DNA from: Gemmatimonadaceae bacterium
Lineage (GTDB): Bacteria > Gemmatimonadota > Gemmatimonadetes > Gemmatimonadales > Gemmatimonadaceae
Assembly (NCBI GenBank): GCA_035512875.1
Contig: DATKDD010000085.1
Location: 1 to 34,215, forward strand
DNA length: 34,215 nucleotides
Reading direction: 5' to 3'
Part shown: piece after piece, positions 8,032 through 16,981 of the stretch
How positions within the stretch are numbered: position 1 is the first letter of the stretch
Layout of the letters: each line of letters begins with the position of its first letter
Notes under the pieces: generated by a model
Database searches by the model: none
What the model saw: only the letters and a program-made list of their open reading frames with translations
What the model was told of the DNA's origin: nothing
Made by a program: the position numbers and the translations under genes

Positions 8032-8065
8032 GAAAAGGGCCAGGCATTTCTGCCTGACCCTTTTC
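8032..8065 (-). terminator. intrinsic (bidirectional-type) terminator downstream of the pilin gene
   Basis: GAAAAGGGCCAGGCA-TTTC-TGCCTGACCCTTTTC. On the minus-strand RNA this gives a 10-bp GC-rich stem (one G-U pair), a GAAA loop, then UUUU. It lies 24 nt past the pilin stop. On the plus strand the same position is a C-A mismatch. Confidence 0.65.
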
Positions 8066-8088
8066 CGTGGAGTACCGTACCCAATTGC

Positions 8089-8472
8089 TTACGGGCAGTC
8101 CGGCACGCCTTCCTTCTGGCCAGCGGCCACGCTAGCACCGACGGCGACCGTGCACGTCCTGCTGGGGACCAGCGCGTGAACGCCGGTCGCGAGCCAATCG
8201 GCGGCCGTCGCACCCAGGACGGGTGTTACCGTCACGTTCGTCGACGGATCGAAGTTCAGCGCCACAAGGTCGGTCGTGAACGCCTGATTGTCGGAGAAGA
8301 AGCCTTCCTGAGCGGTGACGAGGTTGCGGAGATCGGACTTGACGGTCGCGATGTAAGCCTTCTCCTTCGTCGTCGCGAACTTGGGGATCGCGATCGCGGC
8401 AAGAATGCCGATAATCACGACCACGATCAAAAGTTCGATAAGCGTGAAGCCCTTCCGGGTATTGCGCAGCAT
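8089..8472 (-). CDS. pilA: type IV pilin (prepilin with N-terminal methylation/cleavage motif)
   Basis: 127 aa. Leader MLRNTRKG followed by FTLIELLIVVVIIGILAAIAIP (G/F cleavage site, Glu at +5). C-terminal Cys pair (SRTC...VPDC) typical of the pilin D-region. GAGG lies about 9 nt upstream of the ATG. Confidence 0.9.
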   Translation of the reverse strand: MLRNTRKGFTLIELLIVVVIIGILAAIAIPKFATTKEKAYIATVKSDLRNLVTAQEGFFSDNQAFTTDLVALNFDPSTNVTVTPVLGATAADWLATGVHALVPSRTCTVAVGASVAAGQKEGVPDCP

Positions 8473-8537
8473 TGTCGTACCTCACGGGGAGTGGTGCAAC
8501 GGCGAGGGCCAGAGTGCCTTCGCTCGACCACTGCAAA

Positions 8538-8553
8538 AGCACGGTCGGTGCCA
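8538..8553 (-). promoter_or_regulatory. candidate sigma-54 (-24/-12) promoter of the pilin gene
   Basis: Minus strand reads TGGCACCGACCGTGCT. Against consensus TGGCACG-N4-TTGCW, the GG and GC are exactly 10 nt apart and 10 of 12 conserved positions match. It sits about 65 nt upstream of the pilin ATG. Confidence 0.5.
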
Positions 8554-8581
8554 CACTCGAGACCATTTCTAAGTGCGCCTC

Positions 8582-8594
8582 AATCAAGCATTTA
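8582..8594. promoter_or_regulatory. candidate IHF site
   Basis: AATCAAGCATTTA fits WATCAANNNNTTR exactly. It is in a locally AT-richer patch 30-40 bp upstream of the -24 element, the usual place in sigma-54 promoters. Confidence 0.3.
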
Positions 8595-8629
8595 GGTAGG
8601 GCTGTACCGAAACGTTCCGGCCTCCAAAG

Positions 8630-8644
8630 GTTGCGCTTTGCAAC
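8630..8644. promoter_or_regulatory. dyad GTTGC-N5-GCAAC, possible enhancer-binding-protein site
   Basis: Perfect 5-bp dyad centred about 110 bp upstream of the predicted start site, with further TGCAA copies just beyond it. Short, so it could be chance. Confidence 0.2.
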
Positions 8645-8777
8645 TCGCAAGGCAGTCTGCAATGTGGCGGGCGCGCCGCGTGGGGGGGTTGCTACCCGCT
8701 CTTCAGAGGGTGATGTAGAGGGGGTCCTGTGTGGTGCAGAACTTGCCCCCCGCGCCCGCGGCCCCGAAAGCACCTGA

Positions 8778-10403
8778 TTGAGACGCCTACCTTTCGACCC
8801 TGTGGCGCCCCTGCTGCCGCTTCCTTCGCTACTAGAGGCCGTCCTGCATCTGCTCGACGACGGCATCGCCGTGCTCGGCAAAGACGGGCGGATCGTATTT
8901 GCAAACGAGGAGATGGAGCGCGCGCTTTGCCTGGAGGGCACGGCGCTCGTTGGGGCCATCGGCAGTGAGGCGTTGGTCGAGTTCTTTCCGGACGCGAGCT
9001 CTCTTCGTCCTAATAAGCACGCGGCGGGTGTTCCGGCTCGTCGTGTGGAGCGCATGACTGCCGCCGGTCCTCGAGTGTATGAGGTCTCGGTCGAGGGGCT
9101 GGCGCAGGGTGCTCTCGTAGTTCGGGCAAAGGACATATCGAGCCGAGTAGAGGCCGAGCGGTTGGCACGGTCGCAACTCGCGGAAAACGAGTCTTTCCGC
9201 GTTGTCGCCTGCCTCATGGCTGAGGAACGTGATGTTCGGCAGGTTCTCGAGCTACTCTCCGCGCAGGCCGCTGCGCAGTGCGAGGGCGACGGCGCCACGG
9301 TCATTCAAATTGAAGGAGAGCGGGGGCGGGCCGTGGCGTCGGTGGGCTTGCTCACTCCGCTTCGCGGTCGCGAATTCCTGATGGGGGGCTCGCTAGCCGA
9401 GTCGGTGATACGGAATCGCACTTCAGTGGCGATTACGGATTTCCTTACCCAGTATCCGGATCATCCGTGGTCCGACGCGGCGCGCGAAGTGGGCGCGGGC
9501 CCTGTCGTGCTTGCTCCCTTGTTCGCGCACGACTCCTTGATGGGCATCGTCACCGTGGTGCGGGAACGAGGTCGAGAGGCATTTGCCGACCCGGAGATTC
9601 GCCGGATCCGGGCATTGGCCGACCAGGCGGCACTCGCGCTGTGGAAGTCACGGCTGCTCGATGAGGCCGAGGCGGCCAACCAGGCGAAGGACGAGTTCAT
9701 CGCCGTCATCTCTCACGAGTTGCGCACGCCGCTCGCCGCCGTCGCCGGGTACGAAGAACTTCTCGCCGAGGAGATTCTCGGCCCACTGAACGAGGAGCAG
9801 CATAACGCCGTCGACCGGATGCGTTGGAGCACGAAGCTTCTCACGAGCATCATTGAAGAGATACTGACCTTCTCGCGCCTCGAGACCGGCGAGGTGCACC
9901 TCAATGCCGAGTCGACGAGCGTGCGGGCGCTCCTCTCATCGGCCGGGGCGGTGGTGGAGCCGCTTGCCACCGCGCGCGGACTGGCGTTCAGCATCAATGC
10001 CCCTAACGAAAAGATCCCTCTCACGACCGACGCGGATGTGGTGCGCCGCGTGCTGGTGAACCTCGGATCCAACGCAGCGAAGTTCACGCAGCGGGGAGGC
10101 GTGGAGCTGAACGGCATGCGCGTTGGTAGCCGGGTCTGCCTCGCAGTGCGAGACAGCGGGATTGGGATTGCCGAAGTAGATCTCAGAAGGATTTTCGACG
10201 CCTTTACGCAGGTGCACACAGGCACCGCGCGTCCATACGGCGGGACCGGACTCGGGCTGCACACGGCGCATCGCCTGGCCCGCCTGGTGGGTGGCGAACT
10301 CACGGTGGAGTCGACGCCGGATCGCGGCAGCACGTTTTCCCTTCTGCTGCCGCTGACGCTCCCCGCCGCCGGCCTCGCCGATCGGGGTTCGACGCAACGC
10401 TAG
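8778..10403 (+). CDS. soluble sensor histidine kinase (PAS - GAF - HisKA - HATPase_c)
   Basis: H-box ISHELRTPL, N-box NLGSNAAKFT, G1 DSGIGI and G2 GGTGLGL are present. N-terminal PAS-like segment (GIAVLGKDGRIVFAN) followed by a GAF-like region. No TM helices seen. The start is uncertain: TTG at 8778, or GTG at 8802. Confidence 0.85.
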   Translation: MRRLPFDPVAPLLPLPSLLEAVLHLLDDGIAVLGKDGRIVFANEEMERALCLEGTALVGAIGSEALVEFFPDASSLRPNKHAAGVPARRVERMTAAGPRVYEVSVEGLAQGALVVRAKDISSRVEAERLARSQLAENESFRVVACLMAEERDVRQVLELLSAQAAAQCEGDGATVIQIEGERGRAVASVGLLTPLRGREFLMGGSLAESVIRNRTSVAITDFLTQYPDHPWSDAAREVGAGPVVLAPLFAHDSLMGIVTVVRERGREAFADPEIRRIRALADQAALALWKSRLLDEAEAANQAKDEFIAVISHELRTPLAAVAGYEELLAEEILGPLNEEQHNAVDRMRWSTKLLTSIIEEILTFSRLETGEVHLNAESTSVRALLSSAGAVVEPLATARGLAFSINAPNEKIPLTTDADVVRRVLVNLGSNAAKFTQRGGVELNGMRVGSRVCLAVRDSGIGIAEVDLRRIFDAFTQVHTGTARPYGGTGLGLHTAHRLARLVGGELTVESTPDRGSTFSLLLPLTLPAAGLADRGSTQR

Positions 10404-10489
10404 CCGTTCCGGGGGATCGGCGGCATGCGGGCGCTTTGGAGCCCGACAGCCGGCCCGCTCCGATGGGCGGGCTCGTTACATTTGAACGC

Positions 10490-13270
10490 ATGACCAGCGT
10501 TCCGATTACCGGCGCATTCAACGACGCGTTCATCGCCGGCCTGTACGAGCAGTGGCTCGAGGACCCCGAGTCGGTCGATGCGTCCTGGCGGCAGTTCTTC
10601 GCACTGGCGCGCAGCCTGACCGCCGGCGCTACGGCTGCCCCGTCGCATGATGCTGCCACGCTTCGCGCCGTTGCGGGCGCGGCGGCGCTGGTGGATGCGA
10701 TCCGGCTGTACGGCCACTACGCGGTGCAGCTCGATCCGCTCGGCGCGCCTCCGCTCGGTGCCGCCGAGCTGTCGCCCGAATTTCACGGAATAGCCGAATC
10801 GGATTTGCGGGCCATTCCCGGGTCTGCGTTAGGATTCGAGGACGAGACTGCCGCCGATGCCGTCGAGCGGCTGCGTGGGCTGTACTCGTCGACGATGGGG
10901 TTCGAATTCGAGTACATGGACGACGAACGACAACGCCAGTGGTTCCGCGAGCAGATCGAAACCGGGGCAATGCGCCGGGTGTTGTCGCCTGACGAAAAGT
11001 CGGCGGTGCTGCTGCGGCTCACCGAAGTCGATGGGCTGGAGCGATTCCTCGGCCGAGCCTATCAAGGCACCAAGCGGTTCTCGATCGAGGGGACGGATGT
11101 ACTGGTGCCAATGATCGACGCGGCGATAGACGGCGCGGGGCGCCAGGGCGCTCGCGACGTAGCGATCGCGATGGCGCATCGCGGCCGCATTAACGTGCTC
11201 GCACACATTCTCGACAAACCGTACGCAACGCTGTTCCACGAGTTCGCCGGCTTGCATCCGACCAGCAACGCCGAAAGCGGGACCGGCGATGTGAAGTACC
11301 ACCTCGGTAAGGCAACGACTCGCACGCTCGACACTGGCGAACAGGTGGATGTCCGGCTGGTGCCCAATCCGAGTCACCTGGAGTTCGTGAATCCCGTGCT
11401 ATCGGGCCTGGCGCGGGCCACGCAGCGGCTGACCGACGCGCCGGATCAGCGCAATGAGGATGCGGTGCTCCCCATTGCCGTGCACGGCGATGCGGCGTTT
11501 CCCGGCGAAGGGATCGTCGCCGAGACGTTCAATCTGGCCGCGTTGCGCGGTTTCCGTGTGGGGGGGACGCTGCACATCATCGTGAACAACCAGCTGGGGT
11601 TCACCACTGATCCTCACGATGCCCGGTCGACGTATTACGCCAGCGATGTGGCGAAAGGGTTCGACGTTCCGATCGTGCACGTGAACGCCGACAACCCGGA
11701 AGCGTGTCTGTCGGCCATCTGGCTGGCGCTGGCCTACCGCCGGGAGTTCCATCACGATTTCGTGATCGATCTCGTCGGCTACCGCCGGCACGGCCATAAC
11801 GAGATGGATGAGCCGGCGTACACCCAGCCGACGCTTTATGAAGCGATCAAAAGGCATCCATCACCGAGAATCGTCTGGGGTAATCACCTCGTCGAGACGG
11901 GCGCGGCCACCGACGAGACGGTGGCTCGACTGGATGCCGAGATTCAGGGCAAGTTCGAGAGGATCCACGCGGACCTTCAGTCCGGACGCGTGCACCCGAG
12001 CGAAGACCTCCCGGAAGAGAATGCCGACTGCAGTACGCCGAACGTGCAAACGGGCGTGAAGGCCGAGACGCTCATAGCGCTGAACGAGCGGCTGCTGGCA
12101 TGGCCGTCGGACTTCCGCCCGCTCGCCAAGCTCGCGCGCCAGATCGAGCGGCGGCGCGGCGCTCTCACCGAGATGAAGGACACGGCGCTCGGGCCTCGCG
12201 GGCAGATCGACTGGGGACATGCCGAATCGCTGGCATTCGCGTCGCTGCTGATGGAGGGCGCATCGGTGCGATTTTCCGGGCAGGATTCCGAGCGGGGCAC
12301 CTTCTCTCATCGTCAGGCGGTGCTGCACGATGCATCGACCAATCAGCGCTACACGCCGCTGGCGAATCTGCCGGGGGCAACCGGTGCGTTCGAGATCTAC
12401 AATTCGCCGCTCAGTGAAACGGCGGTGATGGGATTCGAGTACGGTTTCAGCGTAGCCGCCCCCGATACACTCGTGTTGTGGGAGGCGCAGTTCGGAGACT
12501 TCGTGAACGTTGCGCAGACGGTCATCGACCAGTTTCTCGCCGCCGATCGCGCCAAATGGGGACAGGACTCGGGCGTCGTGCTGCTCCTGCCGCACGGACA
12601 CGAAGGACAGGGACCGGAACACTCGAGCGCACGGTTGGAGCGGTTCCTTCAATTGTGCGCTGAAAGCAACCTGCGTGTCGCTTACTGCAGTACGCCGGCC
12701 CAGTATTTTCATGTCCTCCGTCGCCAGGCCATTTGCCCGGTGCGGCGCCCCCTGGTGCTGATGCAGCCCAAGAGCCTGCTTCGCCTGCCCGAAGCCGCAT
12801 CCTCTCTCGACGACCTGTCGACGGGCCGGTTCGAGCCGGTGATCGATGATGCGGTCGCCTCGCCTGACGAAGTAAGTCGTCTGGTATTCTGCTCCGGCAA
12901 GATCTTCTACGATCTGGCAACGCAGGAGCGCTCGCCGCAGGTGGCGCTGATCCGGATCGAGGAGCTCTATCCGTGGCCGCACGAGTCGATCGCCGCGGTC
13001 GTGGACCGGTATCCCAACGCGACCACCGTCATCTGGGCTCAGGAAGAGCCGAAGAACATGGGCGCATGGACGTTCGCCGCCCCGCGGTTGCGCGCCGCCG
13101 TGGGCACGACGATGCCGATCCGCTACATCGGCCGGCCTGAGCGCGCGAGTCCCGCCGAGGGGCACACGTCCTCGCACCAGAGCCGGCAGGCGGCGATCGT
13201 GTCCGAAGCCCTTCGGGTGGATGATGGAGCGGGCGCTCGGCAGAAGACGGCGGCGCGCGCGGAGGCGTGA
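10490..13270 (+). CDS. sucA: 2-oxoglutarate dehydrogenase E1 component
   Basis: About 926 aa from ATG 10490. The N-terminus FNDAFIAGLYEQWLEDPESVDASWRQFF is the characteristic SucA opening. ThDP-enzyme length and layout. Confidence 0.92.
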   Translation: MTSVPITGAFNDAFIAGLYEQWLEDPESVDASWRQFFALARSLTAGATAAPSHDAATLRAVAGAAALVDAIRLYGHYAVQLDPLGAPPLGAAELSPEFHGIAESDLRAIPGSALGFEDETAADAVERLRGLYSSTMGFEFEYMDDERQRQWFREQIETGAMRRVLSPDEKSAVLLRLTEVDGLERFLGRAYQGTKRFSIEGTDVLVPMIDAAIDGAGRQGARDVAIAMAHRGRINVLAHILDKPYATLFHEFAGLHPTSNAESGTGDVKYHLGKATTRTLDTGEQVDVRLVPNPSHLEFVNPVLSGLARATQRLTDAPDQRNEDAVLPIAVHGDAAFPGEGIVAETFNLAALRGFRVGGTLHIIVNNQLGFTTDPHDARSTYYASDVAKGFDVPIVHVNADNPEACLSAIWLALAYRREFHHDFVIDLVGYRRHGHNEMDEPAYTQPTLYEAIKRHPSPRIVWGNHLVETGAATDETVARLDAEIQGKFERIHADLQSGRVHPSEDLPEENADCSTPNVQTGVKAETLIALNERLLAWPSDFRPLAKLARQIERRRGALTEMKDTALGPRGQIDWGHAESLAFASLLMEGASVRFSGQDSERGTFSHRQAVLHDASTNQRYTPLANLPGATGAFEIYNSPLSETAVMGFEYGFSVAAPDTLVLWEAQFGDFVNVAQTVIDQFLAADRAKWGQDSGVVLLLPHGHEGQGPEHSSARLERFLQLCAESNLRVAYCSTPAQYFHVLRRQAICPVRRPLVLMQPKSLLRLPEAASSLDDLSTGRFEPVIDDAVASPDEVSRLVFCSGKIFYDLATQERSPQVALIRIEELYPWPHESIAAVVDRYPNATTVIWAQEEPKNMGAWTFAAPRLRAAVGTTMPIRYIGRPERASPAEGHTSSHQSRQAAIVSEALRVDDGAGARQKTAARAEA

Positions 13271-13388
13271 GCCGGCCGGACGGGTGAAAGGGCGAGCGGA
13301 TTCCACGGGAACCCGGTCGCGGCGGGTCGCGTTCGCCGCGCGGGGTCTTCCGTCCGCGTGCGGCGGTCCGCACCATCCCGGTTCATTC

Positions 13389-15941
13389 ATGCTGAAACGA
13401 TTCATTCACCTGTCCCGTGTGCTCGCCGCCGGGGTGATCCTCGCGGCCGACGCACTGCCGGCCCAGCATAACGGCGCCGCCGCGTTAGGCTCCCTCGTCG
13501 AGGGACTCGGCGTTTCCGCCCGCGTGCTCGTCATCGGCGCGCACCCGGATGATGAGGACACGCGCCTGATCGCCTTTCTTGCGCGCGGCCGCCACGTCCG
13601 CACCGGGTATCTCTCCCTCACTCGCGGTGACGGCGGGCAGAATCTGATCGGAAACGAGCTGGGCGAAGCGCTGGGGGTCATTCGCGCGGAGGAGCTTCTC
13701 ACCGCGCGCCGCCTGGATGCCGGGGCGCAGTACTTCACCCGCGCCTATGATTTCGGATTTTCCAAGAGCGCCGAGGAAACGTTCGCGCATTGGCCACGCG
13801 ATACGCTGCTCGGCGATGTCGTGCGCGTGGTGCGTGCGTTCAAGCCGCACGTGCTGGTGGGATTGTTCAGCGGCACGTCTCGCGACGGGCATGGGCAGCA
13901 TCAGGTTTCGGGCATTCTCGCTCGTGAGGCGTACGAAGCGGCGGCTGATACGCTGCGCTTTCCGCGGTCCGGGTTCGGCACCCCGTGGACTGTCGGCAAG
14001 TTCTATCGTGCGACACGAGGCCGGGTGCAGGATGCCACGTTGCGGTTCAATGCCGGGGAGTACTCTCCACTGATCGGCCGCTCGTACGCCGAGATAGCCG
14101 CGGAAAGCCGCAGCCAGCACAAGTCTCAGGCGTTCGGACAGGTCGAGCCGAGAGGCGTAGCCTACAGCGGTGTGCGTCGTGAGTCGACGCGACTCAACCC
14201 GGGAACGCCCGCCGAGGCCGAAGCGGGGTTGTTCGCCGGCATGGACACTTCGCTGGCGCGGGTGCGCGATTCACTGTCCTGCGCGCCCGGCAAAGCGGCG
14301 CTCGATACGGTGCGGTCAGCGGCAGCGGAGGCGCGTCGAACCTTCGACCCCTTCGATCCGACGCCGCTTCGCGAGCCGCTGGGTAGGGCGGTGGTGGCCG
14401 TGCGCAGCATAACGTGTATGCCACGGAACTCCGATGCCGCGGCATCACTCGCGCATCTGCAGTCGCGACTGGTCGATGCGTGGCGCCTCGCGAGTGGGGT
14501 GGTGGTCGAGGCGATCGTCGATCGGGAGCTGGTGGCAATCGGCGACACGATCGCCGTCGTGCGCACGATCTTCAACCGGGGCCGTGCGCCGGTGGCGATA
14601 CAGCTGGCTTCGGCACGAGTGCTGACGCTCGCCCCGGACAGCGCTCGGGTCGACACGTTGCAACTGAGCTATTCGCCCGATACCCGTTCCGCCTGGCGCG
14701 AAATGATGGAACCAGGGTGGCTCACACTTCCCCGGCGGGGAGGAATGTTTGCCGTGCCTATCGACACCGCGCCGGCCGGCACCCTGCCTCCCGCCGCGCT
14801 CGTGCACGTGGCCGTCGGTATCGGCGGAGAATTCGTTCCGCTGGAGGCACGGGTGCTTTACCGCTTTGCCGATCCCATTCGCGGCGAGGTGAACCGGCCG
14901 CTGGCGGTGGTGCCGGCGGTCACGGTGACGCTCGACCGGTCGCTGGAGCTCGCTCCGGCGCGCACGCCCCTCGATCGCGTCGTGCGGGTGCAGCTTCATT
15001 CGGCGGCGGGTTCGTCACGAACGGTGCGCGTCGGCCTCCGCCTTCCGCGGGGATTGCGCGCCGACTCGGCGGCGCGCTCCGCGGTGCTGCCTCGATACGG
15101 AGCCACCGCGACGCTCGAGTTTCGCCTGACAGGCACGCTGGCCCCAGGTCGGCACGAGGTCGTGGCGGTGGCGGAGTCAGGCGGCGAGGAGTACTCCACT
15201 GGTTATACGCTCATCGACTATCCACACATCGAGCGGCGGCGGATCTTCCGCGATGCCGTGCTCGCGCTCGAAGCCGTGGACGTGCGAATTCCGGCGGGAC
15301 TTAGCGTAGCGTACGTGCCGGGAGTCAGCGACAACGTCGCTCCGGCGCTCATCGACCTCGGTGTGCCGGTGACGGTGCTCTCGCCTGACGATTTGACAGG
15401 TACCGATCTCATGGCGTTCACCACCCTGGTGATCGGGCCGCGCGCCTACGAAGCGTCCGACCGGCTGGTGGCCGCGAACGACCGCCTGCTCGAGTTTGCG
15501 CGGCGTGGTGGCACGCTCGTGGTGCAGTACGGGCAGTACGAGATGATGCGGCCCGGTATGATGCCGTATCCGATCACCATCGCGCGGCCTCACGACCGCG
15601 TTACGGTGGAGGAATCGCCGGTGCGACTGCTGCGGCCGGATCATCCGCTGCTCAGCGTGCCGAACCGCATCACCACAACGGATTTCGATGGTTGGGTCCA
15701 GGAACGGTCGCTGTACATGCCGCGTACCTTTGGAGATGCCTTCATTCCGCTGATCGCGGTACAGGAGCCGGGAGAGGAGGAACGGACCGGCGCGCTGCTG
15801 ATAGCACCATTCGGGGAGGGAACCTACGTGTACACGACGCTCGCATTCTTCCGCCAGCTGCCGGCCGGAGTGGCTGGTGCGGCGCGCCTGTTCGTGAACC
15901 TCCTTGGCGCCGATGCCGGTGCGCACGGCGAGGCGCCGTGA
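13389..15941 (+). CDS. secreted PIG-L/LmbE-family deacetylase with large C-terminal extension (GATase1/ThuA-like end)
   Basis: Start at ATG 13389 gives a signal peptide (MLKRFIHLSRVLAAGVILAADALPA). PIG-L signatures VIGAHPDDED and LTRGDGGQN are present. The C-terminal about 250 aa resemble class-I amidotransferase-like domains; that assignment is from memory only. Confidence 0.8.
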   Translation: MLKRFIHLSRVLAAGVILAADALPAQHNGAAALGSLVEGLGVSARVLVIGAHPDDEDTRLIAFLARGRHVRTGYLSLTRGDGGQNLIGNELGEALGVIRAEELLTARRLDAGAQYFTRAYDFGFSKSAEETFAHWPRDTLLGDVVRVVRAFKPHVLVGLFSGTSRDGHGQHQVSGILAREAYEAAADTLRFPRSGFGTPWTVGKFYRATRGRVQDATLRFNAGEYSPLIGRSYAEIAAESRSQHKSQAFGQVEPRGVAYSGVRRESTRLNPGTPAEAEAGLFAGMDTSLARVRDSLSCAPGKAALDTVRSAAAEARRTFDPFDPTPLREPLGRAVVAVRSITCMPRNSDAAASLAHLQSRLVDAWRLASGVVVEAIVDRELVAIGDTIAVVRTIFNRGRAPVAIQLASARVLTLAPDSARVDTLQLSYSPDTRSAWREMMEPGWLTLPRRGGMFAVPIDTAPAGTLPPAALVHVAVGIGGEFVPLEARVLYRFADPIRGEVNRPLAVVPAVTVTLDRSLELAPARTPLDRVVRVQLHSAAGSSRTVRVGLRLPRGLRADSAARSAVLPRYGATATLEFRLTGTLAPGRHEVVAVAESGGEEYSTGYTLIDYPHIERRRIFRDAVLALEAVDVRIPAGLSVAYVPGVSDNVAPALIDLGVPVTVLSPDDLTGTDLMAFTTLVIGPRAYEASDRLVAANDRLLEFARRGGTLVVQYGQYEMMRPGMMPYPITIARPHDRVTVEESPVRLLRPDHPLLSVPNRITTTDFDGWVQERSLYMPRTFGDAFIPLIAVQEPGEEERTGALLIAPFGEGTYVYTTLAFFRQLPAGVAGAARLFVNLLGADAGAHGEAP

Positions 15942-16981
15942 GGGCGGGAAGCCGGGCGCGCCGCGCATGTCTGACTGTCATTGCCTTCTCGCTGGCGGCT
16001 TGCGGGGGCGACGGCAGGACCGTGCTCACCGTCTACTCGCCTCACGGCAAGGAGCTGCTGGAGCATTACGAGTCCGCGTTCGAGGCCGCCAACCCGTCCA
16101 TCGACGTGCAATGGGTCGACATGGGATCCCAGACGATCCTCGAGCGTTTGCGCGCGGAACGGCAGAATCCGCAGGCGGACGTGTGGTTCGGCGCACCGGC
16201 GGAGATCTTCGAGAGGGCCGCGCGCGAAGGGCTGCTCGCCACCTTCGAGCCGACGTGGAGCAGCGCGGTAGGGCCGGAGTCGAGAGATTCGCGAGACCGA
16301 TGGTACGGAACCTACCTCACCCCCGAGGTGATCGCATACAACAGCGAGGCGGTCCCGGCGGCGGAGGCACCGCGCGATTGGGATGATGTGCTGGATCCCA
16401 AGTGGCGCGACAAGGTCCTGATCCGTAACCCGATCGAGAGCGGCACGATGCGGGCGATCTTTGGCGCGATGATCCTTCGCTCGATCCGCGAGACGGGCTC
16501 ACCGGATGCAGGATTCGACTGGCTGCGCAAGCTCGACGCCAACGTCAAGGAGTACACCGCCGACCCCTCGATTCTGTTCCAGAAGCTGGGTCGCCAGGAA
16601 GGTGTGGTAACGCTGTACAACATGCCGGACATGCACATCCTGCAGCGTCGCGGCTATCCGGTGGACTACGTGTTTCCGTCGAGCGGCACACCGCTCCTCG
16701 TGGATGGCATAGCGATCATCCAGGGCACACAGGTGCCGGACGAGGCTCGCGCCTACTACGAGTTCGTCACCACGCGTGAGGCGCTGATCACGGCGTCCGA
16801 GCAGTTCACGCGCATCCCCGCGCGCACGGACATCCCGGCCGACAGTCTGCCGGAATGGGTTCGCACGGCGCAGGCGCAGATCACCCCCATGCCGCTCGAT
16901 CGCGCGGTGCTTGGCGAGAAGCTCGACGAGTGGATGCGTTACTGGGATGCGAACATTCGTAATCAGCATCGGGGTCGGTGA
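15938..16981 (+). CDS. ABC transporter substrate-binding lipoprotein, Fe(3+)/Fbp-AfuA-like family
   Basis: GTG 15938 overlaps the upstream stop (GTGA) and gives VRAGSRARRACLTVIAFSLAAC (lipobox). The mature part starts TVLTVYSPHGKELLE, typical of family-1 iron/thiamine-type binding proteins. The substrate is not determinable. Confidence 0.75.
   Translation: MRAGSRARRACLTVIAFSLAACGGDGRTVLTVYSPHGKELLEHYESAFEAANPSIDVQWVDMGSQTILERLRAERQNPQADVWFGAPAEIFERAAREGLLATFEPTWSSAVGPESRDSRDRWYGTYLTPEVIAYNSEAVPAAEAPRDWDDVLDPKWRDKVLIRNPIESGTMRAIFGAMILRSIRETGSPDAGFDWLRKLDANVKEYTADPSILFQKLGRQEGVVTLYNMPDMHILQRRGYPVDYVFPSSGTPLLVDGIAIIQGTQVPDEARAYYEFVTTREALITASEQFTRIPARTDIPADSLPEWVRTAQAQITPMPLDRAVLGEKLDEWMRYWDANIRNQHRGR

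Noticed and set aside
8132-9304. 390-aa minus-strand ORF spanning the pilin gene, the intergenic region and the kinase start
   Set aside because: It crosses a promoter region and two well-supported genes in other frames. Composition is Arg/Ser/Ala-rich with no motifs.
10453-10472. GCCCGC-N8-GCGGGC hairpin after the kinase stop, and similar 6-bp GC hairpins at 13271-13388
   Set aside because: Short GC stems are expected by chance at this GC content, and no U-tract follows. Not convincing as terminators.
11861-13405. 514-aa ORF antisense to sucA
   Set aside because: High-GC antisense artefact; sucA on the plus strand has clear family signatures.
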